Below are positions 49,202 to 59,065 of a stretch of 64,000 nucleotides of DNA, piece by piece. Both the position numbers and the translations under genes were made by a program. This stretch comes from Candidatus Cloacimonadales bacterium. GTDB taxonomy: Bacteria > Cloacimonadota > Cloacimonadia > Cloacimonadales > JAFGVF01. Every line of letters begins with the position of its first letter. The first letter of the stretch is position 1. The notes below the pieces were generated by a model. It made no database searches, was not told the origin of the DNA, and saw only the letters and a list, made by a program, of their open reading frames with translations. Where the stretch lies: the NCBI GenBank assembly GCA_963678315.1, contig OY782781.1, forward strand, positions 160,001 through 224,000. Direction: 5' to 3'.

Positions 49202-50578
49202 TTATTTATCCTTCTCCAGAGAGTATTGTTTCATTTTTTTATAAAGGGTTGTACGTTCTATATTGAGTTCTTTAGCTGTATGCGATATTTTCCAATTATT
49301 CTTCATTAATCTCTTATGAATGAAGTTCTTTTCAAAATTCATCATGGCATCTTTCAACTCAGGGATATTAAACAAACTAACCACGCAGTTGTTACAATCT
49401 TTCTTATTTTTAATCTTATGAAATACTGATAAGACAGTCTCATTATTAACGCATTTACCTTCAAAAACAACGTTCTTACAGAAGTTTTTCAATTCAACGA
49501 TGTTTCCAGGCCATGAATATTCGGATAATTTATCTTGAATATCATCTAATGAGGTTTCACAATCAATATAGTATTGTTCACAAAGAGTTTCTAAGAAGTA
49601 TTTCATTAGGATAAGGTAATCCTTACCTCTACTTTTTAGTGATGGTACTCTTACAACATTGTTTCCTAAAGATTCACAGAGTTTAGAATTTAACAATCTT
49701 TTAGCTTTTAACTTATGAGGTGAGAATGATGTTGTAAAGATGATCAGAGGTATTTCTCTATCAAATTTAGCGCTTTCAATATACTTAGTAATTAGTAATT
49801 GAATACCATTACTTAGATGTGCAAGTTCTTCAAAATGAACTATACCTGATAAGTTATCAGCCATAATCTTATTTAGCTTTTCTTCAATTATTTCAGTCTT
49901 TGATTTATGACTATGTTTAAGCTGATATTCTATTTCATTAGACAGTCTTCTACAATTAATCGGAGTGTATGGCATTCCGAAACGTGGTGAGTTATTGTAG
50001 TAGAATGAAACAGCGACGTGTTTTCCAGAACCTGGATCTCCATAGAAAATCACTGGTTCTTCACTTAAAGAATAATTTACTATATCTTCTTTGACATTAA
50101 CTATTCTTTTACTATTTCCAATGAATGGATGTTTATTAAGAATCTGCTTCTTCAAGTTTCTATTATGAAACTGAAGACTTTTATTCTCTGATTCATTCTC
50201 AGAGTGCTTTATTGCATTCTCAATATTAACGATAAGATAGTTTAGATTGAAGCTAGAACCTTTTTCAATGAAGGTGTAAACTCCAAGCTTTCTTATCTCT
50301 TTGATTTGCAGAGAAGTTGCTTCAGCAGATATTACAATAATCTTAGCTTCAGTTTTGTAGTCATATACTAAGGCTCTTGTAATCTGGATACCATTAAGAG
50401 TGCTGTATCTTAAATTAATATTCACAACAATCACATCTGGTAAGAACTTCTGGTAGCAATCAAAGAATTCATCACTATCAGTAACTATTTTTCCTTCAAA
50501 ACCGTATTTGTTTAACGCCATCTTATACTGGACAGCCAAATACTTATTATCTTCCACTATTAATACTTTATTCCCCAA
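49202..50578 (-). CDS. NtrC-like receiver-AAA+-Fis HTH regulator, degenerate
   Basis: VLIVEDN receiver, GDPGSGK, YSWPGNIVELKN, NISHTA-type HTH (KISHTAKELNIERTTLYKKMKQY). Confidence 0.85.
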   Translation of the reverse strand: MGNKVLIVEDNKYLAVQYKMALNKYGFEGKIVTDSDEFFDCYQKFLPDVIVVNINLRYSTLNGIQITRALVYDYKTEAKIIVISAEATSLQIKEIRKLGVYTFIEKGSSFNLNYLIVNIENAIKHSENESENKSLQFHNRNLKKQILNKHPFIGNSKRIVNVKEDIVNYSLSEEPVIFYGDPGSGKHVAVSFYYNNSPRFGMPYTPINCRRLSNEIEYQLKHSHKSKTEIIEEKLNKIMADNLSGIVHFEELAHLSNGIQLLITKYIESAKFDREIPLIIFTTSFSPHKLKAKRLLNSKLCESLGNNVVRVPSLKSRGKDYLILMKYFLETLCEQYYIDCETSLDDIQDKLSEYSWPGNIVELKNFCKNVVFEGKCVNNETVLSVFHKIKNKKDCNNCVVSLFNIPELKDAMMNFEKNFIHKRLMKNNWKISHTAKELNIERTTLYKKMKQYSLEKDK

Positions 50579-50758
50579 AACAAACCTCTCGATTTTGTGC
50601 TTTTTGCGAGAATCCGAAAAATGTATATTTTTGTCAACAATTATTAATTAAAAACCTTATTAATAGTGAATTTAAGTAAAAGCTTTAACCATACTCATTA
50701 TGAAGCACAAATAAGAAAAGGGGGTAACTCATTGTTACCCCCAGTATACATAAATTAA

Positions 50759-53452
50759 TTATTTCAAAAGGAGCATTTTCGAAGTTTGTGTCTTACTAGC
50801 AATATCTAGTCTAAAGTAGTAAATTCCAGATGCTACGTTATTACCTTTATTATCTTTACCTTTCCAAACATATTGATATTTGTTAGGTTCTAGTTTGTCA
50901 TTAATTAGTGTTTTAACTAGCTGTCCTTTAACATTATATATTCTTCCAACAACTGCTTGTGGACTTCTTGAGTTTTCATTTCCAACCACAAAACTAATAG
51001 TAGTTTCAGGATTAAATGGATTTGGGTAATTACCAATTAAGTTGCTTTTTAGTAAATCGTTATCAACTTCATTGCTAACTGCTTGAGCAGTAAAGAAAGT
51101 ATTAATTGAAGACCAAGAAGATTCTCCAAATGAGTTATTAGCTTTTACTCTCCAATAATATCTATGTTGAGGAAGCAAGTCCTCCACTGAAATAGAATTT
51201 CCTGTTAGTTGAGTTTCTTCAACATCATCATAGAAATAGATATTTGGACATAGTTGGAATAAGTAATCTTGTGCAGCTAAGGAGTTACTCCATTCAAAAT
51301 CAACTTCTTGAGGGTTAATCATTGTTGCATTATAGGCAGGACTAATCAAGCTAGGTACATCAGGTGCTGAAGTATAGTCGCCAGTTTCAAAACTGAAAAC
51401 CTCTGAATATTCACTTTCCAAAGGACCATTAATAGCTTTTACCTTCCAGTAATATGTTTGATTATCTGCTAGAGCAATATCATCATACATATTTTCACTG
51501 ACAGTCACTGTAAACATATCTTCACTATTGAACTCTGAACTTGAAGCCACTAGCAGTTCATATTCATAAGCACCAATTACTTGATCCCAAGAGAATAGAG
51601 GGTTAGTAGCAACATTGACAGCTTCATTTATAGGTGCAACTTGTGCTGGTATTGCTAATTCAGAAACCACTGTTAATGGGTTATTAATTACATCATACTT
51701 ACCGGTTGCCACTTCATAGGCTCTCAAAAGAACTGAATCTGAGTTTAATTCTGGAACCTGCCATGTATAATCATCTTGGTTTGCATTTGTTTCAATAATA
51801 GTAATCCAAGAAGCACCATCATCAACAGAATACTCTAAATTTATATTACTAACATTGTTTTTAGCAATCCACTCAATATCAACTAAGCCATTAGCAATTA
51901 ATGATTCGCCATTGTTAAGTGAAGTAATTATTATATTTGATACATCCACTTTAAAGGTTAAAGAATCTTCAAAAACTTGTACATGATGGACATCTACACC
52001 AGTAAAGTTGCCATTTGTTCCAATAGCTTGAGGATTGGTGCTAAAGCCAAATGAGTCATGACTTTCATTCAATGGAGCACTACCTATCTGTCCCCCACCG
52101 CTTGGATTGCCACCTGGTCGATAGATATATACTTCATCTGGAGGACCACCAGCATTACCATTACCAGCTTCAGAGTTGTTGATTTTGTAAGTTAGCAGAC
52201 CTTGTGAAGGTAAAGCTGATTCGAATAAAGGATCGATTCTTCTATATTCAAAATAGATGTCTTCAAGGTAGTTCCAAGAAGTTATCTTATAAACATTGTT
52301 TTCATTTGAAGATACTGGATAAAGGGTATAAGTTCCACTTTCTTCAATCTTAGGAATATTAGGCATCCACTGGGTATAATAATATTTCATATATTGATTC
52401 ATGTGTTGTGGAGGAGTTGTATTACCAGCCATCAAATCCCATACACCAACCGGATCTCCATCAGTATCATATCTATAAAGGTCTGGTGCACCTAGAGAGT
52501 GATATAATTCATGACACATAACACTTGAACCAGAACTGTTTAAATGAGTTTCAATTTGGAAATTATAGTCATAAACTTGCTTTCCATGAATATAAGCGGT
52601 TGCATAGTACATTGACCATCTATGAGGCCATAAAAGAGAAGCCCAGTTGTTTGGAGAACCCTTGATAACATATATTACATTATCAACATAACCGTCATTA
52701 TCTCCATCAATTGCTAAATCTTCAGGAATCATGCTTTCTACATATTCAGCCGCATCTGCTAAAAGTTGTTGTTCTCTTTCTGAACGTTCATCACCATGAT
52801 CACCACCTTGGTAACCAATTTGATTGAAGTTGCTATATGCTTCATAATAACCTCTTGGGTGAGAATCTTCATAAGAGACTATTACATCATTTTCATCTGG
52901 TTGAGGGAAGAAGTCTGCAGTCACATTGATTTGACCATAAGATACTTCATTATAATAGTTATGAACAGAAGGAAGCTCTGGGTCAGTTGAGTTCATCATA
53001 TCATCATAAAAATCTATTGTAGAAGTGAATTCTGATTCGCCTGAAAATCTAATAAAGATTACTACATTAATCAAATCACCTGTTGAAGGTGTGCGTTCAA
53101 TGCTTCTAGGTCTATTTCTATAAAAATCATCTCTTTTTGCTTTCCATTCACTATCAGAAATATTTATATTTCTTTCTAATCCAACTGATTGAGGATTAAC
53201 TTGACCAACAATATAGTTTGTTGCTACGATTTTGTTGTTTTCCTTGTCTGCATAAACATAAAAACCTTTGTCATTTCTGTTTATGGTATATCCGTCAAAG
53301 TCATGGAACCAGTGGTGATATTCATCTCCTGACGCTAAAATATTGATTTCATTACCATCGGGTTGGGTAAAAGTCATTGGTACATTGTTTACTAAAGCAC
53401 CAAATAACATCATTGGAATCATAATCAGTAAAATTATAGAAATCTTTCTCAT
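50759..53452 (-). CDS. Secreted M6-family metalloprotease with Fn3-like domains and C-terminal T9SS/FlgD-Ig sorting domain
   Basis: Signal peptide MRKISII; QPDG...GDEYHHW propeptide; CHELYHSLGAPDLY zinc motif, WDLMA; GNYPNPFNPETTISF...ASGIYYFRL...KMLLLK. Confidence 0.92.
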   Translation of the reverse strand: MRKISIILLIMIPMMLFGALVNNVPMTFTQPDGNEINILASGDEYHHWFHDFDGYTINRNDKGFYVYADKENNKIVATNYIVGQVNPQSVGLERNINISDSEWKAKRDDFYRNRPRSIERTPSTGDLINVVIFIRFSGESEFTSTIDFYDDMMNSTDPELPSVHNYYNEVSYGQINVTADFFPQPDENDVIVSYEDSHPRGYYEAYSNFNQIGYQGGDHGDERSEREQQLLADAAEYVESMIPEDLAIDGDNDGYVDNVIYVIKGSPNNWASLLWPHRWSMYYATAYIHGKQVYDYNFQIETHLNSSGSSVMCHELYHSLGAPDLYRYDTDGDPVGVWDLMAGNTTPPQHMNQYMKYYYTQWMPNIPKIEESGTYTLYPVSSNENNVYKITSWNYLEDIYFEYRRIDPLFESALPSQGLLTYKINNSEAGNGNAGGPPDEVYIYRPGGNPSGGGQIGSAPLNESHDSFGFSTNPQAIGTNGNFTGVDVHHVQVFEDSLTFKVDVSNIIITSLNNGESLIANGLVDIEWIAKNNVSNINLEYSVDDGASWITIIETNANQDDYTWQVPELNSDSVLLRAYEVATGKYDVINNPLTVVSELAIPAQVAPINEAVNVATNPLFSWDQVIGAYEYELLVASSSEFNSEDMFTVTVSENMYDDIALADNQTYYWKVKAINGPLESEYSEVFSFETGDYTSAPDVPSLISPAYNATMINPQEVDFEWSNSLAAQDYLFQLCPNIYFYDDVEETQLTGNSISVEDLLPQHRYYWRVKANNSFGESSWSSINTFFTAQAVSNEVDNDLLKSNLIGNYPNPFNPETTISFVVGNENSRSPQAVVGRIYNVKGQLVKTLINDKLEPNKYQYVWKGKDNKGNNVASGIYYFRLDIASKTQTSKMLLLK

Positions 53453-53731
53453 ACTTCCTCTCAAATTAATTTTATTTATATAATATTTCAATTTATCACT
53501 TAGTGTAATTTAAATTTTCTAAATAACTAATTTCATATATTAGCAGTCAATTATTAATCCTGAAATACACCTTTAACATTTTTTGGAGCTTTGTCCTTCA
53601 ATTGAACTAATACTTGTAGCTTATAGTGAAGCAGATATGAATTTTATAAGATTTATATTGCACAGGCTGTAATTTTCTTTAAATTAATATTAGTGATTTA
53701 CAGAATATTGAAATTAAAGGAAGGAGTTATT

Positions 53732-54550
53732 ATGGACGCAGAACAAATCTTACAAAAACTTACAGAAATGAGTGTGGAATATCTACCTAAACTTGGTTTG
53801 GGTATTGTAACTTTAGTCATCGGATTATGGGTGGCAGGGCTTATAAACAAACTTATAATTAAAGCTTTTAAAAAAGGAAAGGTTGATGAAACTTTAATCG
53901 GTTTCTTAGAAAGTTTTATCGGTGCAATACTTAAGATTTTAGTTGTTATTTCTGTTGCTTCCATGGTTGGAATCAAGATGACTTCATTTATCGCTATGCT
54001 ATCAGCTATGGCTTTTGCAGTTGGTTTAGCTTTCCAAGGTTCACTTAGTAACTTTGCTGGTGGAGTTTTAATTATAATTTTAAAACCTTATAAAGTTGGT
54101 GACTATATTGAAGCCCAAGGTCATTCTGGAATTGTAAATTCTATTCAAATCTTTCACACTATCTTGAAAACTGTTGATAACAAAACTGTTATTATCCCCA
54201 ATGGACCTTTATCTAATGGAAACATTATTAATTATACCTCTGAGAATAAACGCAGAGTAGATTGGACCTTTGGAATTTCTTATGCTAGTGATTTTAATAA
54301 AGCTAAAGAAATTATTCAAGGTATTTTAACTAAAGATGAACGCATTATGAAAGACCCAGCCCCATTCTCAAGAGTTGGTAAACTTAATGATAGCTCTGTT
54401 GATATCACTGTTAGAGTTTGGACTAAAACAGCAGACTATTGGAATGTATTTTTCGATGTTGTTGAGAATGTTAAAACTGAATTTGATGCTAATGGCATTG
54501 AAATCCCATTCCCTCAAACAGATGTTCATATTCACAATAAGAATGCTTAA
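53732..54550 (+). CDS. mscS: Small-conductance mechanosensitive channel
   Basis: GLAFQGSLSNFAGG, KPYKVGD, IIPNG, GISY..D, GIEIPFPQ; ATG 53732 after AAGGAG. Confidence 0.93.
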   Translation: MDAEQILQKLTEMSVEYLPKLGLGIVTLVIGLWVAGLINKLIIKAFKKGKVDETLIGFLESFIGAILKILVVISVASMVGIKMTSFIAMLSAMAFAVGLAFQGSLSNFAGGVLIIILKPYKVGDYIEAQGHSGIVNSIQIFHTILKTVDNKTVIIPNGPLSNGNIINYTSENKRRVDWTFGISYASDFNKAKEIIQGILTKDERIMKDPAPFSRVGKLNDSSVDITVRVWTKTADYWNVFFDVVENVKTEFDANGIEIPFPQTDVHIHNKNA

Positions 54551-54659
54551 ACTTACCAAATAATACATAACTTCATTTAGAAGTCTATATTAAGAGCTTT
54601 GATTTAGTCAAAGCTCTTTCTTTATCTTATTACTTGGGGTGTGAATATCAAATAAGAGA

Positions 54660-55370
54660 ACTATCCACGAATTGCACTAATTACACTAATTAAATCTTTT
54701 TTGCCACAGATAACACAGATAAAGCAAATCCTCTAACCTCTTAAACATCTCAACAATTAAACATCTGGACCTATCAACTCTTAAACATTTTTGTCATTGT
54801 ACATGGAGGACAAGCCTCTATGCTAATACATGTCGTCCCTTTGGGGGCTACTGTCCAGTCCTAAATAATTTGACTGTTTTTCGTGTTTTTCGTGTTATTC
54901 GTGCTTTTCGTGGTATACTTTCCTGTTTGCAGATAAAGCCTAGCCTTTATGTCGCCCTTTCAGGGCTTTTTTTATTTTTTAACTATTACATGGAGGGCAA
55001 GCCTCCATGCTTAGTATATGCCACCCCTTCGGGGTTTTTATGGATAGCATCTCCTCAATTCTTCAATCATTCTTCATTCATACAAGTTTAATTCTTAATT
55101 CTACATTATCAATTCTTTGCCGGCTAGCAGCCGAGCGTTCCCAGTGTAATCAGTATTCGATTCTTCATTTTTAATTCTCCATATGTACTTCAGCCTTAAT
55201 AGCCTGTTTGAAAAAATGGCTTTTTTTCAAGGTGGGGCTTTGGGAAGAAGGCAGTTTCAGACATTGCAAAACTTCTCTATAATACCCTGAAAGAGTAAAT
55301 TATCCAAAGCCCATGATTTAAATCATGGGTAATAGTAACGATACATCATCAAAGTCCTGTAGGGACTTAA
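54660..55370. repeat. Composite intergenic repeat cluster (family A and B palindromes plus short degenerate tandem repeats)
   Basis: ccacgaattgcactaattacactaat; tttcgtgtttttcgtgttattcgtgcttttcgtgg; family B copies 54800-54849, 54945-55039, inverted ~55283-55368; family A partial 55208-55238. Confidence 0.75.
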
Positions 55371-55640
55371 CGAATGAAACCTTCATCAAATCAAATATTT
55401 TCAGCACTGTAAATATATTATTTAATCTTCTTTAGCTTTGAAAAGCTAGGCTTGGGATAATAAAGCCCTTCAGGATAAATTATCCGTAAGCATGAACCAT
55501 CTTCAACCTAACGGTAGATGCTTACCACTAGGAAGGATCTTTGAAGCTTAAAGTGCTAAATATTTATCTGATTGATTTCAGACAAACAATAAAAGAGCAC
55601 CTTTAAAAGTGCTCCTTTAAATTAATGCTGTTTATTTAAG

Positions 55641-57944
55641 TTAGTCTAAATCTACAGTAAGAATATAAGCTTGACCTAGACCTTTTTCAAGTTTCCAACC
55701 ATCAAGAACATTCTTAATTTCAGAAGCGAATTTAGATGAAACCATTTGACCATCTCTTAAGATATCAAGAGTTTTCACTGTATCATTATCATTAATTAGA
55801 TTAATATTGATAGTTCCTGTTTCATTTTGTTTTCTAGCAAGTCTTCTGATTTTATTAGAAATTACTTTTTCTTCAGTGTCATTAAAGAAAGATGTAACTT
55901 CTTCAACTTTCACAGCATCTTCAACAGTAGTTATTTGTTCTGAATCCACAATAACTTCCACTTCAACATCCTTAGCTTCGCTAACTTCAGCAGTATCAAT
56001 TTTAATGACTTTAACCTCTGCTTCATCAGCATTTTCAATAACCTTAACAATCATTTCTTTTGCTTGTTCAGGGATATTTTCATCAGCCATTACTTGATCT
56101 AAGTCATTATTAACTTCAACTTGGTCTTCTACTGCTGTAGCTTGTTGACTTGATACTTCTTCCATTACTTCAGGAGCTTCCTCAACTTTATTCATACCCA
56201 TGATTTGGAGGTCGAATTCAACACGTCTGTTTAGTTGTCTATTCTCTTCAGAATCATTAGCAACTTTTGGATTGTTTTCTCCATCACCACGGAAAGATAA
56301 TCTGTCATTCTCAATACCTTTACTTGTTAGATATTCATAAACAGATTTAGCACGTTTTTCAGAAAGATCTTTATTATATTCATCAGAACCTAGGTCATCT
56401 GTATAACCAACGATACAAGCTCTGAAATTAGGGTTTGCAAGGAATTTTGAAGCAACATCATCAAGACTTGGATAAGATTCTTCTCTTAGATTAGCACTAT
56501 CGAAATCGAAGAAGATGTTTGAAATAACGTAAGATTGTTGTTTTAATGGTTCAATAACTATATCGTGATACATTTTATCTACATCAGGGTCAACAACAAT
56601 AGTTTCAGTATAAGTTAAGAAACTCTTATCAGCAACAAGACATTCAAGAGATTCAACTGTTGGGAATGATACTGAGTAGTAGCCATCACTTGCAGAAGAA
56701 ACAATATTGGTTTGTTCTTGACCATCAAGAGTGTATTTCCATTGTACCATTGTTGAAACAGGATTACCGTCAGTATCTTTTACATAACCACCAATAACTA
56801 AATCAGCTTCTTCAACATAAGTCATATAAACTTTGTAGATGTCTTCATAACCAGAATTTGGCTTTCTATCTGAAGATAAATAAATTTCATTAGAGTTTGC
56901 TACACGGTAAAAATGTCTGTCATTATAGATAGAGTTAATGTCAATACCTAAGTTTACAGGTTCAGACCAGTCAGTCCATGAATCACCTCTTTTCTTAGCT
57001 TTGAAGATATCAAAACCGCCAAATGATGGATGACCATTAGAAGAGAAATATAATGTCTCACCATCCCAGTCAATAAATGGAGTTTGTTCGTCAGCAATAG
57101 TATTGATAACAGAACCTAAGTTAACTGGAGTAGACCAGCCACCATCAAATTCTGAAACCCAGATATCATAGCCACCGATTGAGCCTTGTCTATTTGATGT
57201 AAAGAACATTACTTCATCATTGAAGACGTAAGGTTGTTGGTCAGACCATTTAGATGAGACTTCTTTAATTTTCATTGGTTTTGTCCATGAAGATCTTACT
57301 TTAGAAGCTTTATAGATATCACCATGTTTGTTTTTGTTGTTATCGAAATTTCCAAATAAGTAAACTGTGTCACCTGTTTGTGAAATTGAATTTAATGATT
57401 CATGGTTATCAGTACAAAATTCTTTAACTAACTGAGGTTTTCCCCACACACCAGAAACTTTTTCACTTTTTAAGATGTTCTCTTTGAACATAGGAGCTTT
57501 TCTTGATGAAGTAAAATACATTTCAGTACCATCATTATTAAGAACTCCTGCAAAATCAGAGTTAGGTGAGTTTAGATAGTTTGGAAGTGTTCCAATAGTA
57601 TAGAACTGTTTTCCTTTCTTGTTGTTGATAATACCATCTTCAAGTTGACTTAATAGCTGACAATAATAATCTTTATCAGCACCTAAATTATTATTAACAT
57701 AAAATTCTAAAGCTTTATAAGCTTCTGCCATTTTAGATTGTGCGAATAATATCTCATATTTAATAAGATAGTTTTGCATCTTTTTAGGTGATTCATTGAT
57801 TGCTAAATCAATAATCTCTTCAGCTTCGGTATAACATCCTTCAGCAAGAAAATCTCTTGCTTGATCAGTATAGCCTATAGCAGTTCTAGCAAACATAACA
57901 GTAGAACACACTAGAGCTAACACAATAAGTAATTTTACTTTCAT
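55641..57944 (-). CDS. TPR + PD40 repeats + OmpA_C protein (PorE-like) with acidic C-terminal extension
   Basis: MYFTSSR, FFTSNRQGSIGGYDIW, LYFSSNGHPSFGGFDIF (PD40); IFFDFDSANL, GYTDDLGS..YN..LS..RA, NRRVEF (OmpA). Confidence 0.9.
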   Translation of the reverse strand: MKVKLLIVLALVCSTVMFARTAIGYTDQARDFLAEGCYTEAEEIIDLAINESPKKMQNYLIKYEILFAQSKMAEAYKALEFYVNNNLGADKDYYCQLLSQLEDGIINNKKGKQFYTIGTLPNYLNSPNSDFAGVLNNDGTEMYFTSSRKAPMFKENILKSEKVSGVWGKPQLVKEFCTDNHESLNSISQTGDTVYLFGNFDNNKNKHGDIYKASKVRSSWTKPMKIKEVSSKWSDQQPYVFNDEVMFFTSNRQGSIGGYDIWVSEFDGGWSTPVNLGSVINTIADEQTPFIDWDGETLYFSSNGHPSFGGFDIFKAKKRGDSWTDWSEPVNLGIDINSIYNDRHFYRVANSNEIYLSSDRKPNSGYEDIYKVYMTYVEEADLVIGGYVKDTDGNPVSTMVQWKYTLDGQEQTNIVSSASDGYYSVSFPTVESLECLVADKSFLTYTETIVVDPDVDKMYHDIVIEPLKQQSYVISNIFFDFDSANLREESYPSLDDVASKFLANPNFRACIVGYTDDLGSDEYNKDLSEKRAKSVYEYLTSKGIENDRLSFRGDGENNPKVANDSEENRQLNRRVEFDLQIMGMNKVEEAPEVMEEVSSQQATAVEDQVEVNNDLDQVMADENIPEQAKEMIVKVIENADEAEVKVIKIDTAEVSEAKDVEVEVIVDSEQITTVEDAVKVEEVTSFFNDTEEKVISNKIRRLARKQNETGTININLINDNDTVKTLDILRDGQMVSSKFASEIKNVLDGWKLEKGLGQAYILTVDLD

Positions 57945-58064
57945 GAAATCTCCTTATAACTTATATAAATTAATTATTTCAAAACTACTCTTGAAACCTC
58001 ATTTAGAGTATTAAGGTTTTAAAAGTAATTTTGAGAGGGGAAAACTCCCCTCTCAAATTTATAG

Positions 58065-59021
58065 TTAGAATCTAAATGTTAGACCATATCTGTGTGTGTC
58101 TTCATTGATTCCATCATCATCAGCTTTAACAAATGCATAATTCATTTCTACCATTTTGAATCTAATACCAAAACCAGCAGTAAAATTACCATCATTAGCA
58201 CCAACTCTTACGCCACCTTGAACTTCAGATAACATATCTTCCCAAGATGGGTTTTCTGTGTTTCTCATTGTTCCTAAAGAAGAACCAGTATCTGAATCAC
58301 CACCGATACTTGTCCAGTATTCAGCACCAACATGAACTGTTGATTCATCAGCACTTTCTTCTTTTCTGAAATCACCAGAAACTGTTAAACCGTGAATAGG
58401 ATAAACAGCTACACCAACTGAATATTGAGTTGGGATATCTGAATCATCAAAATCACTTACTAGATCTCTAACCATGATACCAGCTGACATATATTCATTG
58501 ATATCATAAATAGCACCTAAATCTAATCCATAACCACTCTTTTGGTCACCATCAATATCATCAAAAAGCATTTTTAATGTTGCTCCCCAGTGAATTGAAC
58601 CGTAACGAGTAGCTAAACTAAGATTAACATTATTATCCATAACATCGTATTCACCAAGATAGTTTTCACTATCATCATAACTATCGATATCAGTTGTACC
58701 AGCATTAATCCAACTTAATGCGATGTAACCATATTTATATCTCATACCAACAGAAGCATTATTGTATACTCTATCTAAGCCAAGACCATCAGTATAGTCA
58801 ATACCAACTTCAAAGTCAGTAACTTTTGATAGTCCTGCTGGGTTCCAGTATGCAGCTGTTATATCATTCATATACGCTGTACCAGTACCACCCATTGCCA
58901 TACCTTTAGCACCTAAGCCCATACGGAGATAAGGTTTATTATGGTTATTATCAGCAATAAGAGCAGAAACAAGACTTAGCATCACTGCTACAACGATAAG
59001 TATCTTCACATTTTTAGTCAT
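58065..59021 (-). CDS. PorV/PorQ-family outer membrane beta-barrel
   Basis: Signal peptide; GAKGMAMGG...AAYWNPAGL; GLDLG; C-terminal Phe (YGLTFRF). Confidence 0.85.
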   Translation of the reverse strand: MTKNVKILIVVAVMLSLVSALIADNNHNKPYLRMGLGAKGMAMGGTGTAYMNDITAAYWNPAGLSKVTDFEVGIDYTDGLGLDRVYNNASVGMRYKYGYIALSWINAGTTDIDSYDDSENYLGEYDVMDNNVNLSLATRYGSIHWGATLKMLFDDIDGDQKSGYGLDLGAIYDINEYMSAGIMVRDLVSDFDDSDIPTQYSVGVAVYPIHGLTVSGDFRKEESADESTVHVGAEYWTSIGGDSDTGSSLGTMRNTENPSWEDMLSEVQGGVRVGANDGNFTAGFGIRFKMVEMNYAFVKADDDGINEDTHRYGLTFRF

Positions 59022-59065
59022 TTATTCCTCCAAATTTTTAGAGGAAGGGGCTTAGCCCCCTCCAA

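Noticed and set aside
54870..55091. 73-aa ORF
   Set aside because: Runs through repeat elements, TTG start, no coding features.
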